Part shown: one piece after another, positions 1 through 17,554 of the stretch | How positions within the stretch are numbered: the first letter of the stretch is position 1 | How the letters are laid out: every line of letters begins with the position of its first letter | Source: the human T2T-CHM13v2.0 reference genome, Homo sapiens | Assembly (NCBI RefSeq): GCF_009914755.1 | Contig: NC_060942.1 | Strand: one strand, 5' to 3' | DNA length: 64,000 bases | Program-made: the position numbers and the translations under genes | Notes under the pieces: generated by a model | The model's input: only the letters and a program-made list of their open reading frames with translations | Databases searched by the model: none | What the model was told of the DNA's origin: nothing

Positions 1-1530
1 AACATATGGAAATAATTCAAAATATACAATTTTAGAATAGTCTAGTCTGCAAAACTCTCAGCTGCACTGCTATACTTCCTTTTTATTAGAACTTTGTGAA
101 AAACTTGGCGAGTCACCCATTTGAATAAAGATGGAGACAGGGATAAGATGCAGACAGGGATCCGGAAACAAAAAATGTGTTTCTATCCCTTTAAATCAAT
201 ATTTACTATATTTTTCCTAATTTATCTTTATAAACATACACCTTCCAGAATTAAGAAATGATAAGTCTAGTGAAGTACTGCACAGGAAATGAACTGAAAG
301 ATAATGTCCACCAGTTTTTGAGACTCATATCAAACAGTACACGTACAGATTAAACAGATCAAAGTTCTCCTTACTAAATGTCACTATCTGGGCACATTCA
401 ACAGTTTTGTCTACATTTTCGTGTATGTGTGTACTTCTTAAATAACTTACTCCTACTCTCATACATAAAAATGTGTAACATATGTGAGCACAATCTGTAT
501 CCCATGCTTCCAACTCTGAAGTCATTATTAATGCTAGCAATTAGCCCTGAATAAATTATACAACTAACGTACTGACCAATTTTGTGGTCACTGCCAGTGA
601 CAGATGAAAAATCTCATAAATAAATGCTCTTTCTTTAGCAGTAGAGCCAAATAGTCTCCTCAGGTTTCTACAGATGTAATTTATTTGCATAATTTTTTTC
701 CTTTTTTTTTTAATAGCAAAAGAAACAATGCATTCTAAGTGCTTCCGTATGTGTGTCTGGTTAACATTTCCAGTTTCAATGTTTCCTGAGAGGAAGTAAT
801 TCAAAGTGTGTTATCTAAACAACTCTAATAGGTCTGATCCAGGAAACTATCAGGGTTTTACTTTTTACCGCTCATAATACCACTCAGAATTAATACCCCA
901 TGGTCAAGAAACATTTTGAAACACTGACGTAAAATTTTAAGCTTGTGGACGCGCACACATTCTCTCTGTCTGAAGGTTCTGGCAATAGGAAATCTGTTCT
1001 CTAGCAACAATTGTTCTAATAACAATTGTTCAAACATGTAAGAGGTTAAAATTCCAACTCATAAGATAAAATCAGGAATGATCTGATTGATATATAGGTT
1101 ATATAGACAATATTTGATTAGTATTATGTTATGTCTTCCCAAATTAAATTTTCATTACTCTTTCTTTTGGGAAAATGACAGCAAATGGATGAAAATTGCA
1201 TCAAGAGTTAAGATAAATGTTAATCCTAAATGGTGTTTATATATATATATTTTTTTTAACACAAAATAGGGCAAGAATGACAAGTACAATGGCAATGGTT
1301 GCATTTGTGATGCTATAGCAGAGGGCTTGCCAACTGGTAGTTTTTCAGAGGGCCCAAAACCTCAGATGACAAAAAAAGGACTGAGCTATCTTCAAAACAT
1401 TGAAATAATTAACCTCACAATTGTATCCAATTTATCATTCTGAATGGATCTCGAAAATAAATGACATCTGACTCACCCTAAGGGAAACATATAATTAAAA
1501 AAAACTGGAAAATAAAAAGTGATTATATCT

Positions 1531-1861
<331 letters not shown>

Positions 1862-2786
1862 TCATTTTAAATATTCCTTTTTACATCTGACAAAATTCAG
1901 GTTGCATAGGAATCAATAATTTCTGACCTCTCTGGAATATAGCCAAGAACAAGGCAGTGAGCTAACCAAAATGATGGGATGTTGTTGATGTTGGAGCTTA
2001 TGTTGAAAGCCTGTGAGGTCCTTAACTTAGTGTACTGATTCCTAAGACTCCATTAAACGTGATTGCCAATTTACAGCCTTAGCAAAACAGAAGTGAAAAA
2101 TTAAACTAAAAATAGGGACTGTTAAGAAAGGTATTCTGAAAAAGACACAAGAAGCAAATAAGACAGCAAACCTTTAAAGGTTTTAAACAAAAAAAGTTTT
2201 AAAAAATTTATATTATGAGACTGTAAAAATATAAACTTCTCAGGGCTTATGGTCTCTCTATATAAAGGCAAAAGTCATACTCATCTCAAGTGGGGCTGAG
2301 TGCTTTAATCAATTATAAAACAGGAGACAGTGATAAGTTTAAATTTTGTTCAAGTACTTTCTTTAAGATAGTAGAAAAGTGTATTATAAAATACTGAAAG
2401 GAAATTATAGTCATTTTGGACAGAATTTGGTTAACATTCACAGCTACTCCAGAAACTGGCTAGCTAGAACTACTCATGCCCTAAAGACTCCAGAGAGTAG
2501 GTAGAAAATGCTGGAGCAAATAATTCCTACCCATTTTGAAAAATCACAGGAAAAGATGGTCTCTCTGTCATTATTATAAACTTAAAACGCAAGATTCCTT
2601 TTCTGAATTCTTGAGATGGAAACTAAGAATTGTATTTTAAACGAGGAATGGTGGGTTACAACTGAACTACACTCGGAAAACAAAATAAAAAACCCTGAAG
2701 AATACTAAATGTTTCAGTACTACTAGCTTGTATTATTTTACAGGACAACCACAGGATGGCCCATGTATGCAGAGCAAAGTCTACTA

Positions 2787-3285
<499 letters not shown>

Positions 3286-3689
3286 TCAGACGGCAACTTT
3301 TAAAACGGCAACAAATATGTTAAAATAAAAGGCACATGGATTGCATCAAATCTATGACTTGGGAAAATATATTGGCTGCTTTTCAGTAACTTGGAAGCCT
3401 TAGGAGACATTCAGAGTTTGGCATCAAGTTGCATTAATCATATTAAACTTTAAAATCCGTGCTTGTTTACTCAGCAATGCATTTTAGTCATGTCGGTGTA
3501 TCTTTAACACTGCTTCAAGCAACAATACAAGAACCCAACCTCTGGTCTTGCTGCTTTATTAATACTGGTTAGCACTCTAAAAATTCTGGGTTAAGACCTT
3601 ATGGAGTTTGAAGGAGTTCATTCTGACATGTGATATTTAAATAATCAGAAACTACATTAATACTGATAGACTGAAAATTTCAAAATAAG

Positions 3690-4135
3690 TGTGAACAAAT
3701 GTGAACATGAAAGAGCCAATCCTCTAAGATGGATCCTGAGTGGCTAACCGGGTCTAAATTTAAAATACAGCCAACCAACCATTTGCTGATTGGAGGTCAC
3801 ACATGTGCTCTGAGTTCCTGGAAAACCCATGCCTCCATTCAACTTTTGGACTTTCAGAGCTAATGCGAACCAACCAATTAGAACTCACCAGCCTCAGCCA
3901 ATCAGGGCTCAGCAGCACCAACTAGTCAGAACTAATCGTGTTTCAATCCTTCATTTGCTATATGGACCTGATTGAGAACCTGAGTGGGCACTTTTGCTAT
4001 AAAACCCGGGACCTTCCCTTTGTTCTCAGGAATTGCATCTTCATTTTACACTGAAGGCTATCTCTCCACAGTCTGCAAATTGTTCACTGGAAGAGTCTTT
4101 CCTTCAAATTCCTATTTCAGAGAACTTTTGTTCAT
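3690..4135 (+). mobile_element. Solo ERV LTR (LTR47-like, ERVL class)
   Basis: Starts TGTGAACAAA and ends TTTTGTTCA (inverted termini); 5-bp TSD ATAAG at 3685-3689 and 4136-4140; several CCAAT boxes and TATAAAA at ~3998. Confidence 0.8.
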
Positions 4136-4429
4136 ATAAGTTGCAAGATTTTATTTTTTAAATACTGGCACCATACTTTACTATTAATAAGATATAAAAA
4201 GGTACATGTATAACATTCATAAAAGCTGCCAAATCCTGTGTGTCAGACCATAAATGTTTCAGAAATACAAATGACAGAAGGATTTTGGCTATATTGTACC
4301 ATATGCCATAATGATTGAACATGTTTGTATTTTTTAAAAAGGAAAATGAATTAAACTATACAAGCTATTGTGTCAAAGTGAAAGTACATTCTGATCACAA
4401 TCTTGGGCCTTATCTCAAATCCATAAATA

Positions 4430-4630
4430 GAGTGTGATGGAGCAGAGAGGTGACTGGATTGTATTAGGAGACCTGGTTTCTATGCTGGGCTTTGCTGCTG
4501 AGTCATTTTGTGGCTTCATATGAACCAATGAAGTCAGCTAACATAGCTGTTTCTCAGTTTTCATATTTGCTAAAAGAAGCAGGATTAGGCAACGTCTAAG
4601 GGCCTTTCCAGATCTAAAATGTAATGATTA
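4430..4630 (+). mobile_element. MIR-family SINE fragment
   Basis: Core-like gtttctcagttttcatatttg and tail ctaagggcctttccagatctaaaatg. Confidence 0.6.
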
Positions 4631-4789
4631 TAACAACTCAAAGTCTATAAACTTCCTAGTCCTGTTGGATAATTTATAGCATTTTATCATTTTACTCTTG
4701 GTCATGTTTCTTAGTATTGCAAGGCTCTAGTTTTTTCACTTAATTTCTCTGAAACTTATATGATGTTTTCTCCAATTAAAAAGAGGCAC

Positions 4790-5140
4790 TTCTGGGTATA
4801 TATACACAATGGAATACTATTCAGCTTTAAAAAGGAGGAAAATCGTGTTATCTGTGGCAACATGAATGAACCTGGAGGGTATTATGCTAAGCAAAATAAG
4901 CCAGGCATAGAAAGACAAATACCACATGGTCTCATTTATATATGGAAACTAAAAACATCAAACTCATGGATACAGAGAGAATGGTGGCTGTCAGAGGCTG
5001 GAGAGTGGGGAGAATGGGAAGATGCTGGTCAAAGGGTACACGTTCCAGGTAGAATGGGGGGAAACTGAGAGGTGATGGAAATGTTAATTAGCTTGATTCA
5101 ATCATTCCACATTGTATACCTGTACTACAGCATCACTTTA
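4790..5140 (+). mobile_element. L1 3' end fragment (L1MA/L1MB-like)
   Basis: tatacacaatggaatactattcagc...gaacctggag...atgctaagcaaaataagccaggca, typical of the L1 ORF2 end/3'UTR. Confidence 0.85.
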
Positions 5141-5933
5141 TCAATATCCAAAGAAAAGGTACCGCTGAAATCCTTCTCCCCACATTACAGTGGCTCTGCT
5201 GCTAGGCACTGACACCCCAGCCCACAGCAGGTGCCAAAGCAGTAATCAGAAGCTGATAGGCTGATGACAAGGCTGTCACCTCAGCTCCTGGGCAGACCAC
5301 GCACGCAGTAGGGAAGTGGTTCTGAAGAGGTCTAGGCAGGCAGAGGCAGCGACTGTATGCCACATCTGAATGAAACTTCACATTCCCGAGTGGGTAACTT
5401 TCTCTAATGAAGCCAATGTAAACTTGTTACTTTGCCTCTGAGGAAATCTATGCTGGAACAGCTGAAAGTATGGATCTCACTAACTAGTTGGAGCTAAAAT
5501 AGTAACATTATAGCATCCAGATTAGGGTATTTGGGCTCTGAGACTTGAGAGTAGTAATTTTAATGTAGAAAGCTTCTGGATTACATCAGTGAAGATAGGA
5601 TGCCTCAGACCCAATGCCAAATCGAAGGCCACCTTTTTCCCCTCTCTCTCCACAACTGTCATAGTAAAGATAGAGCTTAAATTAAAACTTAATTTGTTAG
5701 TCATTATTTTGATGGCAGGAAATGCAGACGGGGAAAATTTTCTCATCTTTATTGGGCTGAGTTTGAAAGGCTGGAAGACATTTAAAATAATTCGTAGTTA
5801 TTAGTGTAGTAAGGTCTCCAAAAAAGTATTTGAAGTGAAGGGGTATTTCGAAACCACAACAAAGAACAGCTACTATGTACTGAGTTCTTAATAGTAAGTC
5901 ACTGGGTAGGAAGTATTACATAAAGAGTAAGCA

Positions 5934-6226
5934 GGCCAGGCATGGTGGCTCATGCCTGTAATCTTGGTATTTTGGGAGGCTGAGGCGGGAAGACTGTTTG
6001 AGGCCAGGAATTCAAGACCAGCCTGGGCAACACTGTGAGATGCTCATCTCTACAGAAAAAATTTAAAAATCAGCCAAGAGTGGTGGTGCATGCCTGTAGT
6101 CCTAGCTATTCAGGAGGCTGAAGCAGGAGGATCACTTGCGCCCAGGAGTTCAAGGCTGCAATGAGCTATGATAGTGCCACTGCACTCCAGCCTGGGTGAC
6201 AAAGCATGTTTCTTAAAAAAAAAGAA
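5934..6226 (+). mobile_element. AluJ
   Basis: Diverged dimer with cccaggagttcaaggctgca; followed by a GA-rich tract to ~6322. Confidence 0.9.
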
Positions 6227-6322
6227 AGAGGGAGAGAGAGAGAAATAAGAGAGAGGTGAGAAAAAGAAACAGAGAAAGAGGGAGGGAGGGGAGGGGAGGG
6301 AGAGGAGGGATAAGAGAAAAGA

Positions 6323-6702
<380 letters not shown>

Positions 6703-6729
6703 TTAATTTTTTATGATTCTATGTTCTGA

Positions 6730-6925
6730 ACCAAGGATTTGCAAACCTTATCTTACAGGTCAAGATGGTAATAATTTTAGGCTCTATGGGCTATATAGTT
6801 TCTGCTACAACTACTTAATTGTGCTGTTGGCATGAAAGCAGCCATAGATAATACATAAACACATAGACATGGCTTTGTTCCAATAAAACTTTATTTACAA
6901 AAACAGGCAGCTTGCCCGCCTCCTT
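6730..6925. mobile_element. MER58A-like hAT-Charlie DNA transposon
   Basis: ggctttgttccaataaaactttatttacaaaaacaggcag signature. Confidence 0.8.
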
Positions 6926-6929
6926 ACTA

Positions 6930-7120
6930 GACACTTGCAAAGTACTTGAGTGTATTACTTTACTTAATTCTGATGACAAATCTATGAGGTGGGTAGTATC
7001 ACCTCCATTTTGTAGGTAAAGACACTGTGGGCTCAGGTCTTGTGACCCGCCCATGGTCAGAGTCAATGCCTGGGGCAGGGTTCTGAACTCACCCCTGAGT
7101 TCAGAGCCTGAGCCACTCTA
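6930..7120 (-). mobile_element. MIR SINE fragment
   Basis: ctatgaggtgggtagtatcacctccattttgtag core. Confidence 0.6.
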
Positions 7121-7800
7121 CAGTCCAACTCACTCTGTAGATCGTGGTGGCCTGCTTGAAGAAAAATATATGGCTTGAAAATTGTTAGTGCAGCTGTTTT
7201 TATTTTTAAAAGGAGGGGTATGGGCCTTCAGTTGGAATGGCCAACTCAGAAAGAGGACATCTTCTGACTTTGGAAGCAAACATGAGAAGAAACATGGTTG
7301 ATGAAAAAACTAAGAGAGATAATTAAGAGAGAAAAAGCCTATTACAGTTAAAAAAAAACCCCACAAATATGCAGGAAAACAAGTAAACGAAAACAACATT
7401 CTTACCCTGAAAACTAAAAACCAGATGGATAAAGAAAAAAAAAGTGAAAGAGACAGGTGACTGCTATTCCCAAAACATGGAATTCCTTTAGCTTTGCAGG
7501 GATTAGAAGAGATATATGCAAATCATCAGTGAGAGGTAACCTGCCCACATATCCTTTTATTTTCTGTACTCTCTCATCTCCCACTTTCTGTTTCTACCAC
7601 CCCAGCTGCTCACTCAAATGGACATACTTAGATCAGAAAATAAAGCTACTCCTGTCATTACCGATCTTACTGCCTAAAGTTAAATTTCAAGAGTTTTACA
7701 CTCTACCACCACCTCCTATTTTGCATCTCATTTTCTCAAACATATCTATCTCATAAGTCCAGTTCTCATTGGGGCTACACTTCTATTCACGCTTGGTTAG

Positions 7801-9180
<1,380 letters not shown>

Positions 9181-9822
9181 TTAAACACTTAATGCATATG
9201 AATTCATTTCACGCAGTTAATCGATGGGGCCAATCAGGCAGATAGTTTTAAACACATCAAGGTATCTTTTAAAGACAAATTTTAGTTCCAAATTAAAAAG
9301 AATGTTTCATTTTTCAACAAATGTATAAATAGTACTAGTACTAGCCATTAAATTTAAAATTTGAAGTTAAAATTTTGCTACAGTTTGTGAAGAAACCCAG
9401 AACTAGAGTTCCCCTTTTTCTAATACTTTTGCTTTATTTTACATTCTTATTAAGATTAATTTCAGTTTGGACTTGTAAATAAATATATCAGGATACATAT
9501 GTATATTTATTTCTAATAATAATGTCTTGATTATCATGATGCCAGGTAACTATCAATTTTTAACTGCAAGTGCTTTTCTCAGTGGTTTATCCTTTTGGTT
9601 TAATTTACGCTGTATCTGAAGTAGAAGAGAGAGGGTGAAATCTTCTAAGAAGGTTTGAAATCTTTCTTTTAAAAACTGCTTCTTGGATAATAGCTACATT
9701 TATGAGTAAAGAGTATTGTTTTTAATTTTTTCCCACCTTCTCCATGAGAATAACCAAAATCCCATTTCTTTAACTCCTCCCCTGCTAGTTCTTAGTTCTC
9801 ACACAGACACAATAATCCAGAC

Positions 9823-10120
9823 TTTTTGTTTTCTTTTTAAGATGAAGTCTCACTCTGTCGCTAAGGCTGGAGTGCAATGGCGTGATCTCGGCTCACCGCA
9901 ACCTCTGCCTCCTGGGTTCAAGCAATTCTCCTGTCTCAGCCCCACCGAGTAGCTGGGATTAGAGGTGTGTGCCACCAGCCCAACTAATTTTTGTATTTTT
10001 AGTAGAGATGGGGTTTCACCAAGTTGGTCAGGCTGGTCTTGAACTCCTGACCTCAGGTGATCCACCTGCCTCAGCCTCCCAAAGTGCTGGGATTACAGGT
10101 GTGAGCCACTGTGCCCTGGC
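9823..10120 (-). mobile_element. AluS
   Basis: Reverse dimer; flanks taatccag(a/t)ct on both sides resemble a TSD. Confidence 0.93.
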
Positions 10121-11631
10121 TTAATCCAGTCTATTTTTAATTGAAGAAGACCATGACTTCCAGCCTTTATTACTGGTCCAGGTGGTATCCAGACAAACTT
10201 TTCTATGACTATCCTTAGTTTATTTATTTACTTGTGTGTTTATCACTAAGCACAAAACCTTTTGTGTATTTCTTTATGTAAATTTCCTGAGGTTCCTATA
10301 ACAATCCTTCTTTGAACAGAATTGAATAATGTTTTAATGATTCATGCAAGCTAGAGGTGATGGCACCTTAAAACTCCATAAGTAACAGACTAGAAATATT
10401 AAATATTTATGTTTGCACAGCACAGAACTCAACCCAAATCCAATTAGTTTTATGGATGCTATAAGCTCATACTTCACACACTTAACTGAGCCTTTGAACT
10501 CTTAAATGATATTCTCTATTAAACACATTTTAATGAATACATTCAGTCATGGTATTCTATATTAAAAAAAGAACTCTAAAATGTATAAATTTAAGTGTTA
10601 TCCTCTCAGTCATTCTGACTTACTACAAATTCACCAAGAAAAGCTGCTAGAGGCATTTAAAAAAATAGTATACATGAGCAATATGTGGCAAAAGATGGAA
10701 TGTTACATTTTAATACTAGAGAAAATCTTTAAAAATCACTTAAAAATTTACATTTGATTTCTTTATTAGCAAATGAAATATTTTTCTAGAAAGGAGTTTA
10801 AAACTACTAACTTTCTAAAAAAAACTTATTTTTTTTTCATTTAGAGAATTCTAAATATAAGTTTTAGGGAGAGATTTAAGTCATATCAAAACACTAATGG
10901 AATAGGATTTAACTTCTGACCAATGAGTCTAGGTATGTTTAAAAATGAACATGTTTGCACAAGTTTTCACTGTAAACAAATGCAAGCTGTCTTGACTGCT
11001 CATGTATTAGGGCCACTGAAAAAGTTAAAAACGATAAATATTTTTGTATGTAAGCATAATTTACTTAGTAAAGATTTTACAAAATATAAAATATCACTCA
11101 TCTTAATAATAAAACTAAAGAGCGTAGACCAAAGCAGCTGTATTTTGGAACTGGAAGAAGAAATGACTTAGCTTAGACAATGAAATGGGCAGAACCGTTT
11201 CTCCAATAAGGGGCTGTCCTAGGCATCTCCTCCCTTTCCTGAAGAGTGTGGGTGGAATGACTCATCCACAAAGACACTGCTGCATTCTTGGGCCAAGACA
11301 CCATGTAGTCTGTTTTTCACATAGAGTGGATTTCTAAGAAACAGGAATCTTGACCCCCTAAATCTTGAAATGTTTGGAAAATGTGATTTAGGTGGACTTT
11401 GGGCTGAAATGACATTAAAGAGAAAACCCCTTCAATGTGAACACTTTCTAAAGTGTTTTAGTGTAATTATGAGTATTGCTGGAGAAAATGTGGAAGATTT
11501 GCAGGCAATACGATGGGCCTGGTTGGTGGCTTGCTTCTCTGGTCAGTCCCTCTTCAACAGCAAGTCTAGTCAAAGGACCTCGGTCAACATCTGGACAAGG
11601 ACTGCACTGTCCCTTTAAGAATGCAGAACAA

Positions 11632-12006
<375 letters not shown>

Positions 12007-12454
12007 CTATATATAGTGAAATAGATAGTCCACAAAGAATGGAATGAATACATGCTGACTTCAAGAAATGCTTAGAAACCTATTCTATCTTTGTATTTTT
12101 CCTCTCTTTCTTTCTTTTTAAATAAGTGTTTGGTATTATTTAGTTTCATCATATCCCTTTTGCTCCCAGAAGTGGAGATCTGGCTAAACAACTGTTACAT
12201 ATTAGAAAATGAAGTCCAAATTTTAAAAAATATCACTTATATGCCTCAACAGCTACAGTTTTGAACTCAGATATCAGTTTTAAATTCTAACAAAAGATAA
12301 TGCTAATAAATACAGAAGCAGTCAGGGAGTCAGGTCAGCTACAATATATGTGGTTTTGGCTACTGCCACTAACTATTAGAAGATAAAACCCTCCTAGGAG
12401 ACACAGATGAACACTTACTGTGTACATCCAGACTTGAAAGTTAAATTATCTTTA

Positions 12455-12686
<232 letters not shown>

Positions 12687-13619
12687 AACATCCTCTCTCT
12701 TTACCCCAGCCCTTTTTTTGTCAAAGATTCCTGTTCATCATTAATCTTTTTAAAAAGGCATTATGGGAGGTTCCATTAAACTAGAAGATAGATAGATTTT
12801 AAAATCAGCTTAAAAATGAAAATAAACTGCATTCTTTTTGTTTACATTGAGAGTTTATTCCCAGATGTCCAAAATCAAACTGAATGAATGCTTACTTGCT
12901 GTTTGATCTCAAAGTGAAAACTCACTTTGCTATAAATGGTTGTTTTTAACAGTAAGTTAAACATTGAAGTTACCTTGCCCATCAGTTGTTGTACGAACCA
13001 CACATTTACATTCTAGAACCGAGTCTTAGAAGCCTGGGAGAGCTAACTTTTAAAAATTAGTATTAAATTTTTTTTTTTTGCAAATAGAACAAAATGATAT
13101 AATGGATTCCTGGCTTTCACATAACTCATATTCCTGGTTAGAACAATATGCAGGTAATGTCTAGGGCTCATGAGCTGCTGTAATGTGTGATGCTGCTGAG
13201 GCAGAAGCATGGAGCAGCAGCAGACAGCTGTCTGGTGAGCTTCCTCTCAACCACTGAGCCTGCCGGCCACTCAGCCTCCAGAGCTCCATGTGGCTCCTTT
13301 CTTTCCTTTTACTGCTATATATGAAATTCATGCGAGTAGGCCATATCATGGTCTCCACAATTTACAGGATTTATGAAGAACTTTGAACATATTCCTAAAA
13401 TATCAAGGATCTATCATGTTGTTGTTTACATTTTCAGTATCTGTGACCCTGCTACAACATTTGAGAAGAACTGTTTTCAGTTTGGAATAAAAGACCATAT
13501 GCAATCATATCAGGGATACAGTGTTTCTTAGTAGTTATTTTCTGAATCCTGGCTATAATATAATACTCCAGAAACTTAAAAGGAATTAAAAGCTATCATG
13601 GGAAAATCTCTCAGGCAGA

Positions 13620-16260
13620 AATAGGAAAACTTTCATTCATATTCTCAACACAATTTTTTAGCATCTACTAGGTGGAGACATTATTCTAGATGCTGGAGAT
13701 CCATCAATTAATGGAATTAACACAAATCTCTGTTCTTCCAAAGCTTACATTCCAGCAGGAGATGGATACTATAATACATGAGTAAGAGTATACCATGGTA
13801 GAAGGTGAGAAATGCTATTAAATTTAGGGCAGGGTGTGGGGGATGGAGAGTGCAGGGAGACCAATCAGTATTGCTGAGATGGTGACCTTTGGTGTAGGTG
13901 AGGGAGGGTCGTGCTTGGTAGTTGCAGTTAGAGGTCTCGGAATTCTAAGACTAGGCAACAGTCTGCCCAAAGACTCTCAGGTGGGTGGGCTGCCTGCCTG
14001 GCATGCTGCCACTATGGCTGGAGTGGGATAAGGGAAGAGGGGAAAGAAAGTTAGAGCAGTAGCAGGTGGTCAGACTGTATATGCCTTTTAAGGAGTTGCA
14101 CTCTTCACCTGAGTGGAATGGGGATTTGAGCGGAGAGCTGGTGATCTAACCAATGCTACAGAAGGATCCCTCTAGCTGGCATGTTGAGAAGACCATAAAG
14201 GTGCAAGGCACAGAGGCAAGTGACACCAGGTAGAAGGCTCCTACAATAATTCAGGTATGACATGGCAGGGGCTGGGAAGTGGTTAAAGTGTGAGGACCCT
14301 GGCCTGAACAACTCTGAACAGAGCTGACATTGACTGAGACAGGACAGCTTTGGAGGGTGAAGGGAGGATCAGGAGTTCAGTCTGGACAGGTAAGTCTGAG
14401 ATGTCTATTGGACACGCAAACAGAGATGTTCAAAAAGTTCTTAGACACCGAAGTGTGGAGGTCAGGAGAGAAGTCTGGCTGGAAAGAATAAATCTGGCAG
14501 TCATCGGCTAACAGATGTTATTTGAAGCCATGACATTTTGATGATGATGACCATGGGCCTGAGTGTGAACAGAGAAGAGGTCTAAGGTTTGAGTCCTGGG
14601 AGACTGAGAAGGACCGGCCAGGGGAGTGAGAGGAAAACCAAGAGGGATGCATCCAAGAAGCCAGGTGATCTGATTCCTCTCATGAATGGTGAGTGGGTGT
14701 CAAATGCTGCTTACAGGACAGTGAAATGAGGGCTGAAAACTGTAGGATTCAGCAACTTGTATTTAATTGAGGACTTCAACAAGGGCAGCAGAAGAGCTGG
14801 GCTAAAAGCTTGGCAGAACTGGATTGAAGGCAGCCTGGGAAGAGAGAGAAACCAGAAATAATAAGAATGGGCACCAGATATTTTGGGAGTTCTGCTATAA
14901 AATAGAGAAGAGAGATGGAACAGAGGCTACTGAGAGGAAGCAGAAGTGAGATGTAGGAAATGTTTTTATTTTCCTTAGTATGATGGGAGAAGAAACAAGC
15001 ATGCTTGCATGCTGATGGGAATGACCAGCAGAGGGGAACAAGGTGATGACAGGAGAAATGATTGGAACCCAATTGTTGAGCAGGCAGAGAACGTGCATCT
15101 GATGTTGAAATGGAGGAGCTGCCTTCAGACAGGAGCACAGGCCATTCATCTCCAGCCCCAAGAGATGCAGCAGTGGAAGCTGTTGGAAGCTTCCAATTTT
15201 TCCAGCCAAAGTTGGAAGGAAGGCATTGGTTGAGAATAAGGTTGAGAGAGGAGTTGTTAGAGGGTTAAGGAAAGAGAAGGTTGCAATGTAATATGATTGC
15301 TGGGCAGCATTTTTTAAGTTCTTACTTGAGGTTCATGGTCATTAATTAAAAGTAAAACCACAGAGTACAGTTGTGTTTTTGTCCAGCCAAGGTCAGATGC
15401 ACAGAGGCTGGCATAAAGTAGCCAGAGATTCAGATTCAGCCAGAGCCGAGACTACCAAGTGAATATGAGAAGTGAGAGGGGCAAAGGAGTCAGGATGTCA
15501 CCGGGAGCAATTATGCCACCTGAACATGGACACTGAGCTGGATAAAATGGGCACAGGATCCTGGGTGGGAGGGAAGTGGGTCCGGGAAAAAAGTAGTGGG
15601 ATCAATGGATCATGGATTTTGATGGAATTGAGTTTTGAACCCTAGAGGGAGTGAGCTCAAAAGCCATGCAAAGGAGAGAAGTCAGTGCATGCAGTTGAAA
15701 AAATGGAAGGATGGAGTTGTTGGTTATGATGTGGTCTAAGGAGGGACCATGTCTGCTAAAGGTTGAGATGGCAAACAGCTAAATGACTGAGAAGCCCAGG
15801 GGTATTAAAAGGATCATATTTCCAAGGAAAATCCTCCTTGACAAGAAGAGGAGTATATCTGGAGAGAATAACAGCAAGCCAGGAACTAAAATTATGTCAC
15901 AATGAGGACAGAATCCTAGGCTTGGTAGGTAACTGACAACGATGGGGTAGTGGGTGATACAGTCTGATGAACAAGAGGTTTAAAGCCTGGTGGACAAGCG
16001 GTTTAAAGCAAAGAGTTTTTAGGGAATTGCGAAGTGGAATGGTAAAGGTGATGAGGAAGAATAAAGAGACCACTTATACTCCTCTACTTTGGGGCAAAAA
16101 ATAGAGCTGCCACCTGAAAGGGCTTCTCTCAGGGAATATCCAAGTTTGGGCTTAACAAGATAAAAGTAATTTCAAAGAAGGCTTTAAGGATATAGAGGTT
16201 TTGCTGGTGAGGGACCATGAGGGAGGAGTTTTCAGGAGTTAAGAGGTAGGTGATAAGGAC
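13620..16260 (-). mobile_element. Long L2 LINE remnant
   Basis: Purine-rich antisense L2 text (ttcattcatattctcaac, gagatgtctattggacacgcaaacagagatg, gtcaaatgctgct, ggattcagcaac). Confidence 0.8.
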
Positions 16261-16629
16261 AATACAGAGGATGAACCTAGACATGAAAGAACAGCTCATA
16301 TACCACATAGAAATATGTAGGGGTATGAATAATACATTTGAATATACAGTATGAATATGTTACAGTACATACTTTTTGACAAAAAAAGTTTTTTTTTTTT
16401 TTAAATAAGGCAATTTCAAAATAACACTTATTTAAACAAATTCTATCACAAGTTAAACTTTTCATTTGTCTCTATTCCTACCTGGTCCATGCACAAATTC
16501 TTAACAATTATGGTGTTCTACAGTTTTATACCGTGCCCTTGCCCACTGAGCTGAGCAATTCTCCATGCAATGACACCCATGTCTGCATACCATTTCATAA
16601 TGGATTTAACTGTTTTTCCATTCTTACAT

Positions 16630-17184
<555 letters not shown>

Positions 17185-17554
17185 AATTTTTTTGATTAAG
17201 AAATTATAGATTTGGAATATGAACACATTTCAAGCTATCATTAAGCCAGGTATACTTTCATGAAAACCTGCAAATGGTATCTTTTCAATAGTATTTAATA
17301 AGTTTAATTTATTGTAATTTTATGATGAGTATTTTAGAAAAATGTTCTCAAGATGCAGGGATTCATATGTATGCCAAACACTCATTGAGTAGTCTACAGA
17401 TGCTCAATCTCTGAGGTAAGAGGTTACCTGAAAGCGTCATGCCTATAATAAATTTCATTCTGTCCCTTCAGAAATGTACTCACAGGCCAAGGATGCATCA
17501 CTGCACCCTAATATATCAAACATTATACTATAGACTATCTAGCAGATATAGATA

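Noticed and set aside
2106-2115. Perfect MEF2 site CTAAAAATAG, plus scattered AP-1, CRE and forkhead motifs elsewhere
   Set aside because: Isolated short motifs are expected by chance in 64 kb of AT-rich DNA
6227-6322. GA-rich tract with G-quadruplex/triplex potential
   Set aside because: An ordinary degenerate Alu tail microsatellite
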